Shown here piece by piece: positions 9,270 to 18,800 of a DNA stretch of 64,000 nucleotides (position 1 is the first letter of the stretch; the number at the start of each line of letters is the position of its first letter). Under the pieces are notes generated by a model. It was not told the origin of the DNA. It worked only from the letters and a program-made list of their open reading frames with translations, and made no database searches. Both the position numbers and the translations under genes were made by a program. The DNA is from a virus, in the IMG/VR virus record IMGVR_UViG_3300025676_000013; one strand, written 5' to 3'.

Positions 9270-11059
9270 TTTTGTACTCCATTATATAATTTAATTAGAA
9301 TTTTTATTTCTGGCAACCAACAATATTCCATATCGGAAACACTTAATGTCTTTAGGGCATCATCAATAGTCTCTACTAATGGTTCACCCGACAAATTAAA
9401 TGATGTATTGAATAATATTGGTACATCTGTAATCTTATGAAACTCCTCAATGAGTTCGTAGAAATTACTATTGTCCTCTCTGCTTACTGTCTGTATTCTA
9501 CACGTATTATCTATATGACAAATAGATGGCACTAAATCTACCTTATCTTTCTTAACATCAACCGCATACATCATATTAGGAGATTCTTTTAGTCCCTTCA
9601 TATCAAACCATTCGTGGACATATTCTTTCAATACTGAACCAGCAAATGGTCGAAAATATTCTCTACCCTTCACTTTGTTCACTATGTCTTTACCATTTTT
9701 TATAGTAGGATTGAATAATATACTTCTATTACCCAATGCTCTCGGTCCAGACTCAGAACGGCCTTGAAATATAGAAACGATATTCCCTTCTTTAATCAGA
9801 TACGCAACATCTTCCGCATAAGCAATTTCCATTTCACCACCATATTTCTCAACTTTCTGGCGTATATCCACAACATCATAATTATAATCTGGTCCTAAAT
9901 ATAGATTATCATTTCTTTTCCTAACAACGTCATCCTTCGTCACCAAATAGTGTTGCAGTAAAGCGGCGCCAGTGGCAGTTCCCGCATCGGAAGAGTTTGG
10001 CTCTACATACAAATTGATGCCAAGTTCGTTTAACTTGTCTAAGTAATAATAATTAGAAACGCAGTTGAGGGCATAGCCGCCACTTAATACAACATTCTTA
10101 TTAATATTCATCTTGGATGCGTTGATGATTAGATTTAATACTTGTTCTTGTGTATCTTTTTGTACCTTGAATGCCATATCCCTTCTAAAACTAGATTTGG
10201 ATAAATCTTCGCTCCAATCCATATCATTCAAAAACTCAAATTCATCTTTAGATATATTAAGACTTGTACGATGTGGATATTGGGACTTTATCAAATCTTT
10301 ATTAGATGTATTACCACGGAACAAGTAAGGTAGGCTATCATTCTCTTTACCAAATGCAGATAAGCCCATAGTCTTTCCTGCATCATTTATGTGAAATCCA
10401 CAATAATCTGTGACTCCATCCCAAACTTTTCCAATTCCTGCGCCATCATCTGCTATCAGCATAAATTTCTCATCTAATAGTTTATCGTGACACTCTGGTA
10501 TGTGATAACTTCTTCCCTTATCACATCCTAATTTTTTATATCGAGAATTGAATCCTTTTGAATAGGAACAGTCGTAAATACTTTCTACTTCAAAATACAA
10601 ACCACTTTCCTCATCCGTTCCCAATTCCCGTCCACTGCCGCAACTATCTACAATGACACTTGTAGCAGATTCAAACCCAGAATTATAGAAGGCAATCGCT
10701 GAATGGAGTCTGTGATGATTATCAAACATCTTAATGACTTGTGGAGATTGTATATCGATTTGGTCGGTCTGTTCAATTAATCCTAATCGTCTTGCTGTAC
10801 CTTGCCATATATCTTCTCGTGTATAATCAAAGACTGGATATGAGCGTTCATCTTGTGTGTTTGTGACTATACCAGACACCACTAGATAATCTAATTTATC
10901 TGTGTAGTCTAATATCTTCAACATACTAAGCAAAGGTCCACCATCGGCTTTTGACCTAGAGAGCCGTTCTTCTTCGATAGAGAAAACAATTTCACCATCT
11001 TTCAACAAACAAACTCCAGCGTTATGGCCTACCGCAATGCCTGCAATCCAGACTGCCAT
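9266..11059 (-). CDS. Carbamoyltransferase, NodU/CmcH/TobZ family, copy B
   Basis: Same motif set (HHRLHS, GKTMGL, GPRALGNRSIL, REYFRPFA, NTSFNLSGEP). Confidence 0.95.
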   Translation of the reverse strand: MAVWIAGIAVGHNAGVCLLKDGEIVFSIEEERLSRSKADGGPLLSMLKILDYTDKLDYLVVSGIVTNTQDERSYPVFDYTREDIWQGTARRLGLIEQTDQIDIQSPQVIKMFDNHHRLHSAIAFYNSGFESATSVIVDSCGSGRELGTDEESGLYFEVESIYDCSYSKGFNSRYKKLGCDKGRSYHIPECHDKLLDEKFMLIADDGAGIGKVWDGVTDYCGFHINDAGKTMGLSAFGKENDSLPYLFRGNTSNKDLIKSQYPHRTSLNISKDEFEFLNDMDWSEDLSKSSFRRDMAFKVQKDTQEQVLNLIINASKMNINKNVVLSGGYALNCVSNYYYLDKLNELGINLYVEPNSSDAGTATGAALLQHYLVTKDDVVRKRNDNLYLGPDYNYDVVDIRQKVEKYGGEMEIAYAEDVAYLIKEGNIVSIFQGRSESGPRALGNRSILFNPTIKNGKDIVNKVKGREYFRPFAGSVLKEYVHEWFDMKGLKESPNMMYAVDVKKDKVDLVPSICHIDNTCRIQTVSREDNSNFYELIEEFHKITDVPILFNTSFNLSGEPLVETIDDALKTLSVSDMEYCWLPEIKILIKLYNGVQK

Positions 11060-11061
11060 AT

Positions 11062-12156
11062 TTATTTATCCTCTAGAAGATTCTTGGCATCGAAATCGTA
11101 GACTGATTTTTCTGGTGCTTGCGTTGGTGGTGGTGCAGTTTCTACGTTAGGAACTCCACAACTTCCGCCTTGTGCTTGCATCGGAGTAGGCTTTTGACCT
11201 TTAAACTCTCCGCCTTCACCTAAGAATGACTTACAAGAATCAATAATTTCTTGTTCTTCAGATTCCTCAAGCATCATAGCCTTATCATTCTGTCTGTCTA
11301 ATTCATCATCCATTGAGATTCGGATTGGAGAATATACTCTGCCCTTTCTTGCACCAACGTCAATAATATCAAACTCATCAACTTCTGGATAACTGATATT
11401 AATTGGTACAGTAGAACCAACAACAACTGTAGCCGTCTTGTCGAATGCTCGAACTAAATGCTGACCAAGACTATCGCAACCCAAGAAATGGTCTGCGTTC
11501 ATAATCATAGAAGCCCATAAACGTAAATTGGGTTCTTTAGGCATAGCAACTTGGTGTTTTGGATTTGACGTAAGAGGAACCTGCAATTCAGACATCATAA
11601 CAACACCATAATCTACCCGAAGTTTATCAACGATGTTGACAATATTCTGCACTTCAAAAGAACGTGAGGTAGGGTCAATTAAGAAGTCTCCCATAGGACT
11701 AACAGAACGACCGAATGGTTGAATAACGACTATTTTGTCTTTATTCAATCCAGACTTCATCTCTTGAATAGACTGATAGCCAGTCACCATCTCTTGCTTA
11801 TTGAGATTTAATGTGGGTTTTGGAAGTTCTCGTGGTGCATCAAGACCGTTGATTTCAATATCAAACGCTTGAGCCAGAGAACATTCTTGGTTGAAGTATG
11901 CGTTAATTCGATACGGTTCTAGCGTAATCAAATCCTTGTCTTTCAAATGTTCGCTGAATAGACCCTTGTGCCATACTTCATATGCTTTATTTTGGAGAAC
12001 AGGATGTCCTCTGTATAAATCCATACCGCCTTCACAGACAATTATGAAATCTTCGTCACCAGATTCTTCGGCATATTTCTCAAATGCCGGAATTGAACAT
12101 AGTACCCTACCGGCACCGCCATTAATAAAGAACGCTTTTGAACGAACTGTCATCAC
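11062..12156 (-). CDS. GT9-like (heptosyltransferase-type) glycosyltransferase
   Basis: GGAGRVLCSIPA, VVIQPFG, LWASMIMNADHFLGCDSLGQHLVRAF..TVVVGST match the GT9 pattern G-x-D-S-G-x-x-H-L-A. Confidence 0.72.
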   Translation of the reverse strand: MMTVRSKAFFINGGAGRVLCSIPAFEKYAEESGDEDFIIVCEGGMDLYRGHPVLQNKAYEVWHKGLFSEHLKDKDLITLEPYRINAYFNQECSLAQAFDIEINGLDAPRELPKPTLNLNKQEMVTGYQSIQEMKSGLNKDKIVVIQPFGRSVSPMGDFLIDPTSRSFEVQNIVNIVDKLRVDYGVVMMSELQVPLTSNPKHQVAMPKEPNLRLWASMIMNADHFLGCDSLGQHLVRAFDKTATVVVGSTVPINISYPEVDEFDIIDVGARKGRVYSPIRISMDDELDRQNDKAMMLEESEEQEIIDSCKSFLGEGGEFKGQKPTPMQAQGGSCGVPNVETAPPPTQAPEKSVYDFDAKNLLEDK

Positions 12157-12200
12157 TTCACCTCACTGTTAATTATAAAAATAATCTTAAACTTAAACGT

Positions 12201-12229
12201 ATTATAGCATAACTGCTATGGCTTGTCAA
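12201..12229 (-). promoter_or_regulatory. Consensus sigma70 promoter TTGACA-N17-TATAAT with extended -10 TG
   Basis: + strand attata (12201-06) and tgtcaa (12224-29); 17-bp spacer ending TGC. Confidence 0.85.
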
Positions 12230-12242
12230 GCAATTATGTAAC

Positions 12243-12250
12243 TATTTATG
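12243..12250 (-). promoter_or_regulatory. Late-promoter variant CATAAATA
   Basis: tatttatg on +; one mismatch to TATAAATA. Confidence 0.4.
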
Positions 12251-12251
12251 C

Positions 12252-12292
12252 AAATAAAAAAGGCTCTAAATTCCGAAGAATAGAGAGCCTTT
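12252..12292 (-). terminator. Rho-independent terminator with cUUCGg tetraloop
   Basis: - strand AAAGGCTCT..ATTC-TTCG-GAAT..AGAGCCTTT then T-run, right after the 246-aa gene. Confidence 0.85.
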
Positions 12293-12313
12293 CTTGATTT
12301 CTTATTGAATTAT

Positions 12314-13054
12314 TTACTCATCAACGCCAGTGATTGGAGCCAATTGAGCAATTGCATCTGCATCATCCGCAGTACGCTCGGCTATCCGAATAACCTTATG
12401 CTCTGGGTCTTCGTCACGGATATACGGCTCATCATACTCGCCATCAGGGTCAGTTGGCCATTTAATCAAATGATTTGGAACAGCCGACCAATCTGCAGGA
12501 ATATCACGCAATTTTTGGCGATATGCCATCCATTCTGCTTTAACAGACTCAGGCATATCATCAGCGATACGACCATCAGACTGTTTCAATTTAGCGTTAC
12601 GCTCTTCCCTAATAAACTCATCAGTTTGTCTACGAAAATCAGTTCTAAACACTAGAGGCTTAGTATAATCATCGATGATATCATTCTCTGAAAAAATCAT
12701 TCGTGGGTCAGATGGGTCAACAATAACTGCATTATCATCTTCTACAGGTCCTACAGCGACTTCGTAGAGTTTCCTCTCAGCGAATCCGCCGAAGAGAAGT
12801 GCAATTTTAATTGTATTCTCATCTGTATCAGCGTTAAGTTCTTTGACTTCAAGATTCAAAGGAACAGGTTGGTCTGTATAATCGTCTTTATCCCAAGTTT
12901 GTTCAATATCTTTAGTCTCTTTGTCAATCCAGAGGATTAGAGTAGACGGCCCATCATAACTTTGCGTAGACGTTTTACCTAACGCTTTTGTTGGGACAGC
13001 CTGTTCAAACTCGTCTGGTACGTCATAAGTTACGACTTTTTGTACGTGTGCCAT
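12314..13054 (-). CDS. Tail-fibre assembly chaperone-like protein
   Basis: IREERNAKLKQSD...EWMAYRQKLRDIP (phage tail assembly chaperone signature). Confidence 0.8.
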   Translation of the reverse strand: MAHVQKVVTYDVPDEFEQAVPTKALGKTSTQSYDGPSTLILWIDKETKDIEQTWDKDDYTDQPVPLNLEVKELNADTDENTIKIALLFGGFAERKLYEVAVGPVEDDNAVIVDPSDPRMIFSENDIIDDYTKPLVFRTDFRRQTDEFIREERNAKLKQSDGRIADDMPESVKAEWMAYRQKLRDIPADWSAVPNHLIKWPTDPDGEYDEPYIRDEDPEHKVIRIAERTADDADAIAQLAPITGVDE

Positions 13055-13083
13055 TTTATTCTATCTCCTAAAATTCATATTAA

Positions 13084-14058
13084 TTATTGGTAAGTCACTT
13101 TGACTAATCCGCCTGCGCCAAATCCACCTGTACAAGCAGTTCCTGCACCGACAGAGTTTCCTGAACCACCCCCACCAGGGAAGGCACTGTGAGCAGAACA
13201 ACAAGCAACGCCACCAGTACACCACTGTTTACCAACACCAGTCCCGGAGACTGTAAATGGTCCAGCAGGGCCACCAGTTGTAGTTGCCATATGAGTACAA
13301 CAATCGTATTCTTTGTGGAAAGACGAATTGATTCCTCTGAAACACATATCGCCGCCGTACGTGGCTTCGTTACAGTTATGAGAAACCCAACCTGCGTTAT
13401 AGTTACCTCTGTCACACTGAGCATTACCGATATGACAGTTATAACAGTTAGACATTACATCCCAAGAAGTAGAACCACCGTGACCACCGATTGCACAGAA
13501 GTTAGATAGTCCAGGACCAGTTACATAAGAAGAACAACCGTGTCGGCACGCTCTGTTACAAGTTGTACAACAAGAACACTGTGAAGTTCCACCAGCACAT
13601 AGCGTATATGTTGATTCTGAACCCGCAGTTGATATGAAATCACCCGCATCTTTACAGATAGTCTTTACGTTATAGTTTCCGCCTGCACCACCGTGTCCGA
13701 TATCATAATCGTGTCCAGCAGAGCCACCAGGGCCGCCACCAGAAAGAATTTCAAATTTGATAATCTGTGCACCAGTAGGTACTGTCCAAGAGAGACAACA
13801 ACCACCATTAGTTACTGACCAATGATTCGTGTTATAGATGTAAAAATCTCTTTGTGGGTCACCACCAACACCAGTATCAATCAACGTCTGAATGTTTGCC
13901 AATCCACTGGCAACAGCCGAATCAATTGTAGTATTTGCAGTTGCTTGTACTCCAGTTATTTCTTGTAGACTTTCGTATACGTGATTGGCCATCAAATCTA
14001 ACGCTGAGTTAGTATTTTTGGCCATTTGGTTCATTTTACCAAGTGTTAAAATATCCAT
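13084..14058 (-). CDS. Cys/Gly-rich fibre-tip / adhesin-like protein 2
   Basis: WTVPTGAQIIKFEILSGGGPGG...GGAGG glycine-rich domain; about 22 Cys; paired with a chaperone. Confidence 0.65.
   Translation of the reverse strand: MDILTLGKMNQMAKNTNSALDLMANHVYESLQEITGVQATANTTIDSAVASGLANIQTLIDTGVGGDPQRDFYIYNTNHWSVTNGGCCLSWTVPTGAQIIKFEILSGGGPGGSAGHDYDIGHGGAGGNYNVKTICKDAGDFISTAGSESTYTLCAGGTSQCSCCTTCNRACRHGCSSYVTGPGLSNFCAIGGHGGSTSWDVMSNCYNCHIGNAQCDRGNYNAGWVSHNCNEATYGGDMCFRGINSSFHKEYDCCTHMATTTGGPAGPFTVSGTGVGKQWCTGGVACCSAHSAFPGGGGSGNSVGAGTACTGGFGAGGLVKVTYQ
14021..14058. repeat. 38-bp exact direct repeat (partner at 15736..15773) covering the start of both Cys-rich fibre genes
   Basis: gccatttggttcattttaccaagtgttaaaatatccat at both sites; both proteins begin MDILTLGKMNQMAK. 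Confidence 0.92.
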
Positions 14059-14810
14059 TATTCTTCTCCCCTCAAGGCTCTCGCCGCGTTGTTTTTGATT
14101 TCTTCGGGAGAATCTGGATGTGCTACTGTATGTAGTTCAGCATCCGCGTATTTTTGTGGGATATCCCTCAGTTCTTGTCGATAAGCATCCCAGGCATCTT
14201 TCTCTGGCCCATCAGGCAGAAGGTTTTTAACGTCTAGTTGCTCAAGTTCCATATCACGATATGCCCTAATTTCATCCCAAGATTCTGGCATACCAAAGTC
14301 TGCTGGTGTCCTCAAGACTAAATCCCACTCTTTTGTATCAAAATTCCAAGTACACTCATATGGGTTCCATACGTGGTCAGGTGGAATCTTATCATTTGCT
14401 GGTCGAGAGTAATATACTGTTCCGTCAGCGAGTTTATCTTCTTGTTGAGGAAGTTTATCGTAGTTAGGAGAATCATCTCCTACTGTTTCAGGTTTTGTCC
14501 AGATAGCACATATATGAGGATTAGTTGTACAGTCGATTTCAATTCGTTCTGCATCTAGAGGAACAGGTAATGCCCTAATAGCATCTGCCATTTCTTCTTC
14601 AGAACCATTCTCCATATCGCCATCATCAGCGTAATTCGTTTTGATTGGATTCTGATTCCATTTGCCTTTCCTATCACCTTCTTTATTGACTTGCACCCAG
14701 ATAGTGTCTGGCCCTAGATAAGACATACTAGCAGTATTACCGGCAGCCGTACTCTGGGATAGATACTTATCCGGCACTGGATACGTCATTTCAATATTCA
14801 ATTTAGCCAT
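14058..14810 (-). CDS. Tail-fibre assembly chaperone-like protein
   Basis: WDEIRAYRDMELEQLD...AWDAYRQELRDIPQ. Confidence 0.8.
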   Translation of the reverse strand: MAKLNIEMTYPVPDKYLSQSTAAGNTASMSYLGPDTIWVQVNKEGDRKGKWNQNPIKTNYADDGDMENGSEEEMADAIRALPVPLDAERIEIDCTTNPHICAIWTKPETVGDDSPNYDKLPQQEDKLADGTVYYSRPANDKIPPDHVWNPYECTWNFDTKEWDLVLRTPADFGMPESWDEIRAYRDMELEQLDVKNLLPDGPEKDAWDAYRQELRDIPQKYADAELHTVAHPDSPEEIKNNAARALRGEE

Positions 14811-14855
14811 TTCTAATATATCTCCTAATTATTTTTTTAATAACTTTGTTATGTC

Positions 14856-15773
14856 TTACGACCAATACGTTACTACGACTGCGCCACCGCCGCCTGCTTT
14901 TCCGCAACAGCAACCGCCCGAAGTCATACCACTATATCCGCCTACACCTGGACTCTTTGGAGAACCACCGGAGTGCATCCCGAAAGTACAAGCATCTGGT
15001 GAATGAGCATCTCCAGTTCCTAGAGGGCCTGGGGCACCTGGAGCAACTTGCCACAATCCGCCAGCACAATAATGATTTGAGTGAAACCAAGCACTTCTGC
15101 CACCCATACCGTAATCTCCACCATATACTGGTGCACAGTTAAAACAAGTATGACAACAAGTGTAACAGTTGAAACTATGACATTGTATTTGCCCTACGTG
15201 TCCACCCATTGCACAATAATTTGATAGTCCCGGTCCAGTTACATAACTCGTATGGCCTCTTCCGATTGAACTTCCCGGATAGCAACATCCAGTTCCTGCT
15301 GAACATATTTGATAAACGTCTGTACCATCTCCAACGAAATCTCCGTCATCTACGTTTAAGTGTTTAACAACATATCCTCCAGCACCACCAGGAAGTCCTA
15401 CCATCATACAACAGCAAGCACCCCATCCTGAAGCGCCTCCACCGTACATTTCAAATTTAATTCCTTTAGTGTCTGCGGGTACAGTCCAAGCACATTGATG
15501 TCCGTTATAATTAATTGCTTCTTGACCTGTAGCACCTTGACCAGAGTTACAACCAACGTATAGTACACGTTCTGGGCCACTACCTTGTCCACCACCAGCG
15601 GCAATCAACTCTGCTACACCGTCTGCGGTAGTCTGAGTGAGTGTTCCGACTTGTGACTCTTGCAAGTCACAAACGTCTTTTAGGGCGGTAAATGTCGCAT
15701 TGGCTAGATATTCCAAGGTTTGGTCGACATCTTTCGCCATTTGGTTCATTTTACCAAGTGTTAAAATATCCAT
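14856..15773 (-). CDS. Cys/Gly-rich fibre-tip / adhesin-like protein 1
   Basis: WTVPADTKGIKFEMYGGGASG..GGAGGY; about 20 Cys; paralogue of 13084..14058. Confidence 0.65.
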   Translation of the reverse strand: MDILTLGKMNQMAKDVDQTLEYLANATFTALKDVCDLQESQVGTLTQTTADGVAELIAAGGGQGSGPERVLYVGCNSGQGATGQEAINYNGHQCAWTVPADTKGIKFEMYGGGASGWGACCCMMVGLPGGAGGYVVKHLNVDDGDFVGDGTDVYQICSAGTGCCYPGSSIGRGHTSYVTGPGLSNYCAMGGHVGQIQCHSFNCYTCCHTCFNCAPVYGGDYGMGGRSAWFHSNHYCAGGLWQVAPGAPGPLGTGDAHSPDACTFGMHSGGSPKSPGVGGYSGMTSGGCCCGKAGGGGAVVVTYWS

Positions 15774-15808
15774 CGTTTTTTAATCTCCAGTGTTTTCATA
15801 TTCAATTC

Positions 15809-15829
15809 TATTTATATTAAATATTTATA
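15809..15829 (-). promoter_or_regulatory. Two tandem late promoters TATAAATA
   Basis: tatttata at 15809-16 and 15822-29. Confidence 0.75.
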
Positions 15830-15846
15830 TTAAGTTTCTAGTAGTA

Positions 15847-18800
15847 TTATACTTCCCAAACATCTTTGAGTGTAATAATACCCCTCATATTCTCAAGGTT
15901 GCCATCGTATCTACTAGAAGTGTAAAGTAATGACGCAGGAGTTCCTAGTGTCCAAGATTGAGTTTTGAATGACCAAGAGTCGTTCAGCGTGTGTCCGTTT
16001 GGATTCTCGAACTGAATCATAATACCATTCTTGTAGTTAGTACCAGCAGTGTTATTTGCAGAGAATTCAGAATCATTCGTATTGCCCTCTGGTCCAAACA
16101 ATGCTAAGTCTACATTGACATTATTAATAGATGCGCCTTGCAATAGAACTGGGCCAGCAACAATTATGACAGGAGTCTTATATGCAGTTCCAGGATTAGT
16201 GAATTCGATAGATGAAACATTACCATTCAATCCTAATACTACCGTTCCTTCTGCCCCGTAACCAGTTGGTTCTGCGTGTTCATCTACAACAATGACTCGT
16301 GTTTCGCCAGGAACATAATCTGCCCAATCTTCGACAATCGTTCCAGCCCCGATACCATTATTAAGAGATACACTTCCTACAAAACCACTTCCGACTGATT
16401 TAGTGCTTGAGCCAACTAGGCCACCAGCATCTGAAACTACAATCATCGGTTCGTCATAGTTAGTTCCACGTGTAGTTAATACAATGTCAGTTACTACGTT
16501 ATTAAGGTCTTGAGTAAGAACTGCGCCTGAACCAGTATCTAATGGGTCATTGATAGTAAACTCAACATCGACATAATTAGAACCCGGTTTAACAACAGTT
16601 ATTGAAACAATTTCACCAATCGTAATTGGTGCAGTCCAAGTACCTGAACCAGCAACACACGTTGCTTCGTCTGAGAATGCAACATCTGAACAAGAACCTG
16701 GTACTGCTTCAGTAGTTAGAACTGGTCGAACAATTGCACCTGAACCATATAGAGTACCAGTCATATTGCCTGTGATATCATACTGCGGAGTTCCCGTAGG
16801 GTCCATCACAACGATTTTAGTTTCTGGTGAGTATCCTGTACCACGATTGGCTACACCAACAGAGGCAATAGAACGATTAGTTTCTACAGTTGCGTATGCT
16901 CCTTCTCCTGGCCCAGATACATCAACTATGTTCACTATATCAGTAAGTGTATATCCTTGTCCAGGTCTGTCTACAGCAATATTGATAATTGTTCCTGCGG
17001 CATCGACTGTAGCAAGTCCTCGAACTCCTCCACCAGTAGGTGAATTGATATCAACAAAAACGCTATTATCACGTACCCAAAGGGTTGCTTTAATGTTTGT
17101 GTCATTATCATCATAGAGGTCATACTTATCTGTGATTTCACATTCTTTAGTAATTACGTATGTGAAAACAGCATTCTGAGGTACGTCACCAGAATCAAAC
17201 ATCCCACCTGCGTGAGTAATTGTATGTGCTTGAATATCTAAGTTTGTAAACTCTAGAGTATCTCCAACATTAGCAGAGATAATAGATGGAACAAAAGCGT
17301 TGTTCTGAATATCGACACTTACTGTTTTAGCAGTAGTATCCGTATATCCTGTACCAGCGACTGATACTGCGAATCCAGCAATTCCGCCGTCAACTAGTGA
17401 CATTGAAGTTGCGGCTGCCACAGTAGGAGTTCCACCTGTAATTGCAACACTGTCAGCGACAACATAATCTGCTCCGCCATCTGTAATTGTTACAAAATCT
17501 ACACTGTCATCTTCTTTAAGAGTAACATATCCAGCCGCAAGTCCACCAGTTGAAGTGGTGAAAGTAAGCGTGATAGTAGGATTAACAATGTGAGTAGTAA
17601 CTTCCCTTGGATGAACGTGAGCACCGTTTGTTGCAGTGAATTCAAATGATTGATTGAATACGTTCCAAGATACTGTTTGGTCGTGAGTGTGACCCGCATC
17701 AACCGTAGTTGATAGAACAGGAGTTCCCGATTTAATAAGATTAACTTCAGTCTGGGTTAGATGAACTGTATGAGTATGTCCATCTCCACCTGGTACTGCG
17801 GCAACCGCTACTTCATAGTATCCAGTATATCCTGCACCAGGAGTTTCAACTTTAACTTCTTCTACCATTCCATCTTTCAATGTGAATGAAGAAACCGCTT
17901 TAGTTTCTACTGAGCCCGCTACATCAACTGCTCCCTTATCAAATGCTCGTACTGAAGTATTTGCTGACCATTTAGTACCACCGTTTGTGATTACGACATC
18001 TGAAACACCATCATCATAAACTGCGTTAAGTATTGCTCCAGTTCCTTGTTTTCCATTTGCATCAACTGTGTATGCGTAAGAATCAATAAATCCAGAGTCA
18101 TCATTGATGAACACTTTATAAATTAGTCCGTCTGATAATTCTTTTACGTATGATTCGCCTGAAATATTATACTCATAAGAACGTGTAAAATCGTCAAGTA
18201 GTGCGACAATTGGGTCAAAATATTCTTCACAAGTAGTAGGAGTATCATAACTTCCACCAGAACCATCGATATCCGATGCGTTGTGCATTGCAGTCACGCC
18301 CCAACCAGTCACTGAACTTGTAGCATCGTGACAATAAGATTGGAAAGGCTTGAATAGAACTGTATCGTAATGTTCTGCAAAGTTTCCTGTTACACCATTA
18401 TTGTAAACAGTATTACCAGTAATGTCTGTAATTTTGACATAATCTCCACTGTCAACTCCACCAAACATAAGTGCGGCATCTGCGCCACGTCTTAGAATAA
18501 GTTCTGGGTTGTCTGTGTCTGGGATAGAAGTGTTATTAAGAATAGTTAAGTCTACTGCAGGGTCACCATTAATTTCGTGTCCCGTTGCTCTGAATGTAGT
18601 AACTCCACCAACTGTGGTATTCTTGTTAATATCATATGCTTTAATCTTAGTAACTGAGGTAGAACCTGTAGCCGTTTCAATATCAAGTTTTAAGTGATGT
18701 TGGAATGGTCGTGGCTCTCCTACAATCTGCATACTTTCACCAAATGATACAATTGCACCAGATGTTGGATTATATGAAATGTGGTGAGTCTTATTAGGAC

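Noticed and set aside
13425-13450. CxxCH heme-c motif (CYNCH) in the 324-aa protein
   Set aside because: Single occurrence in a very Cys-rich protein, not conserved in the paralogue, and there is no export signal for heme maturation.
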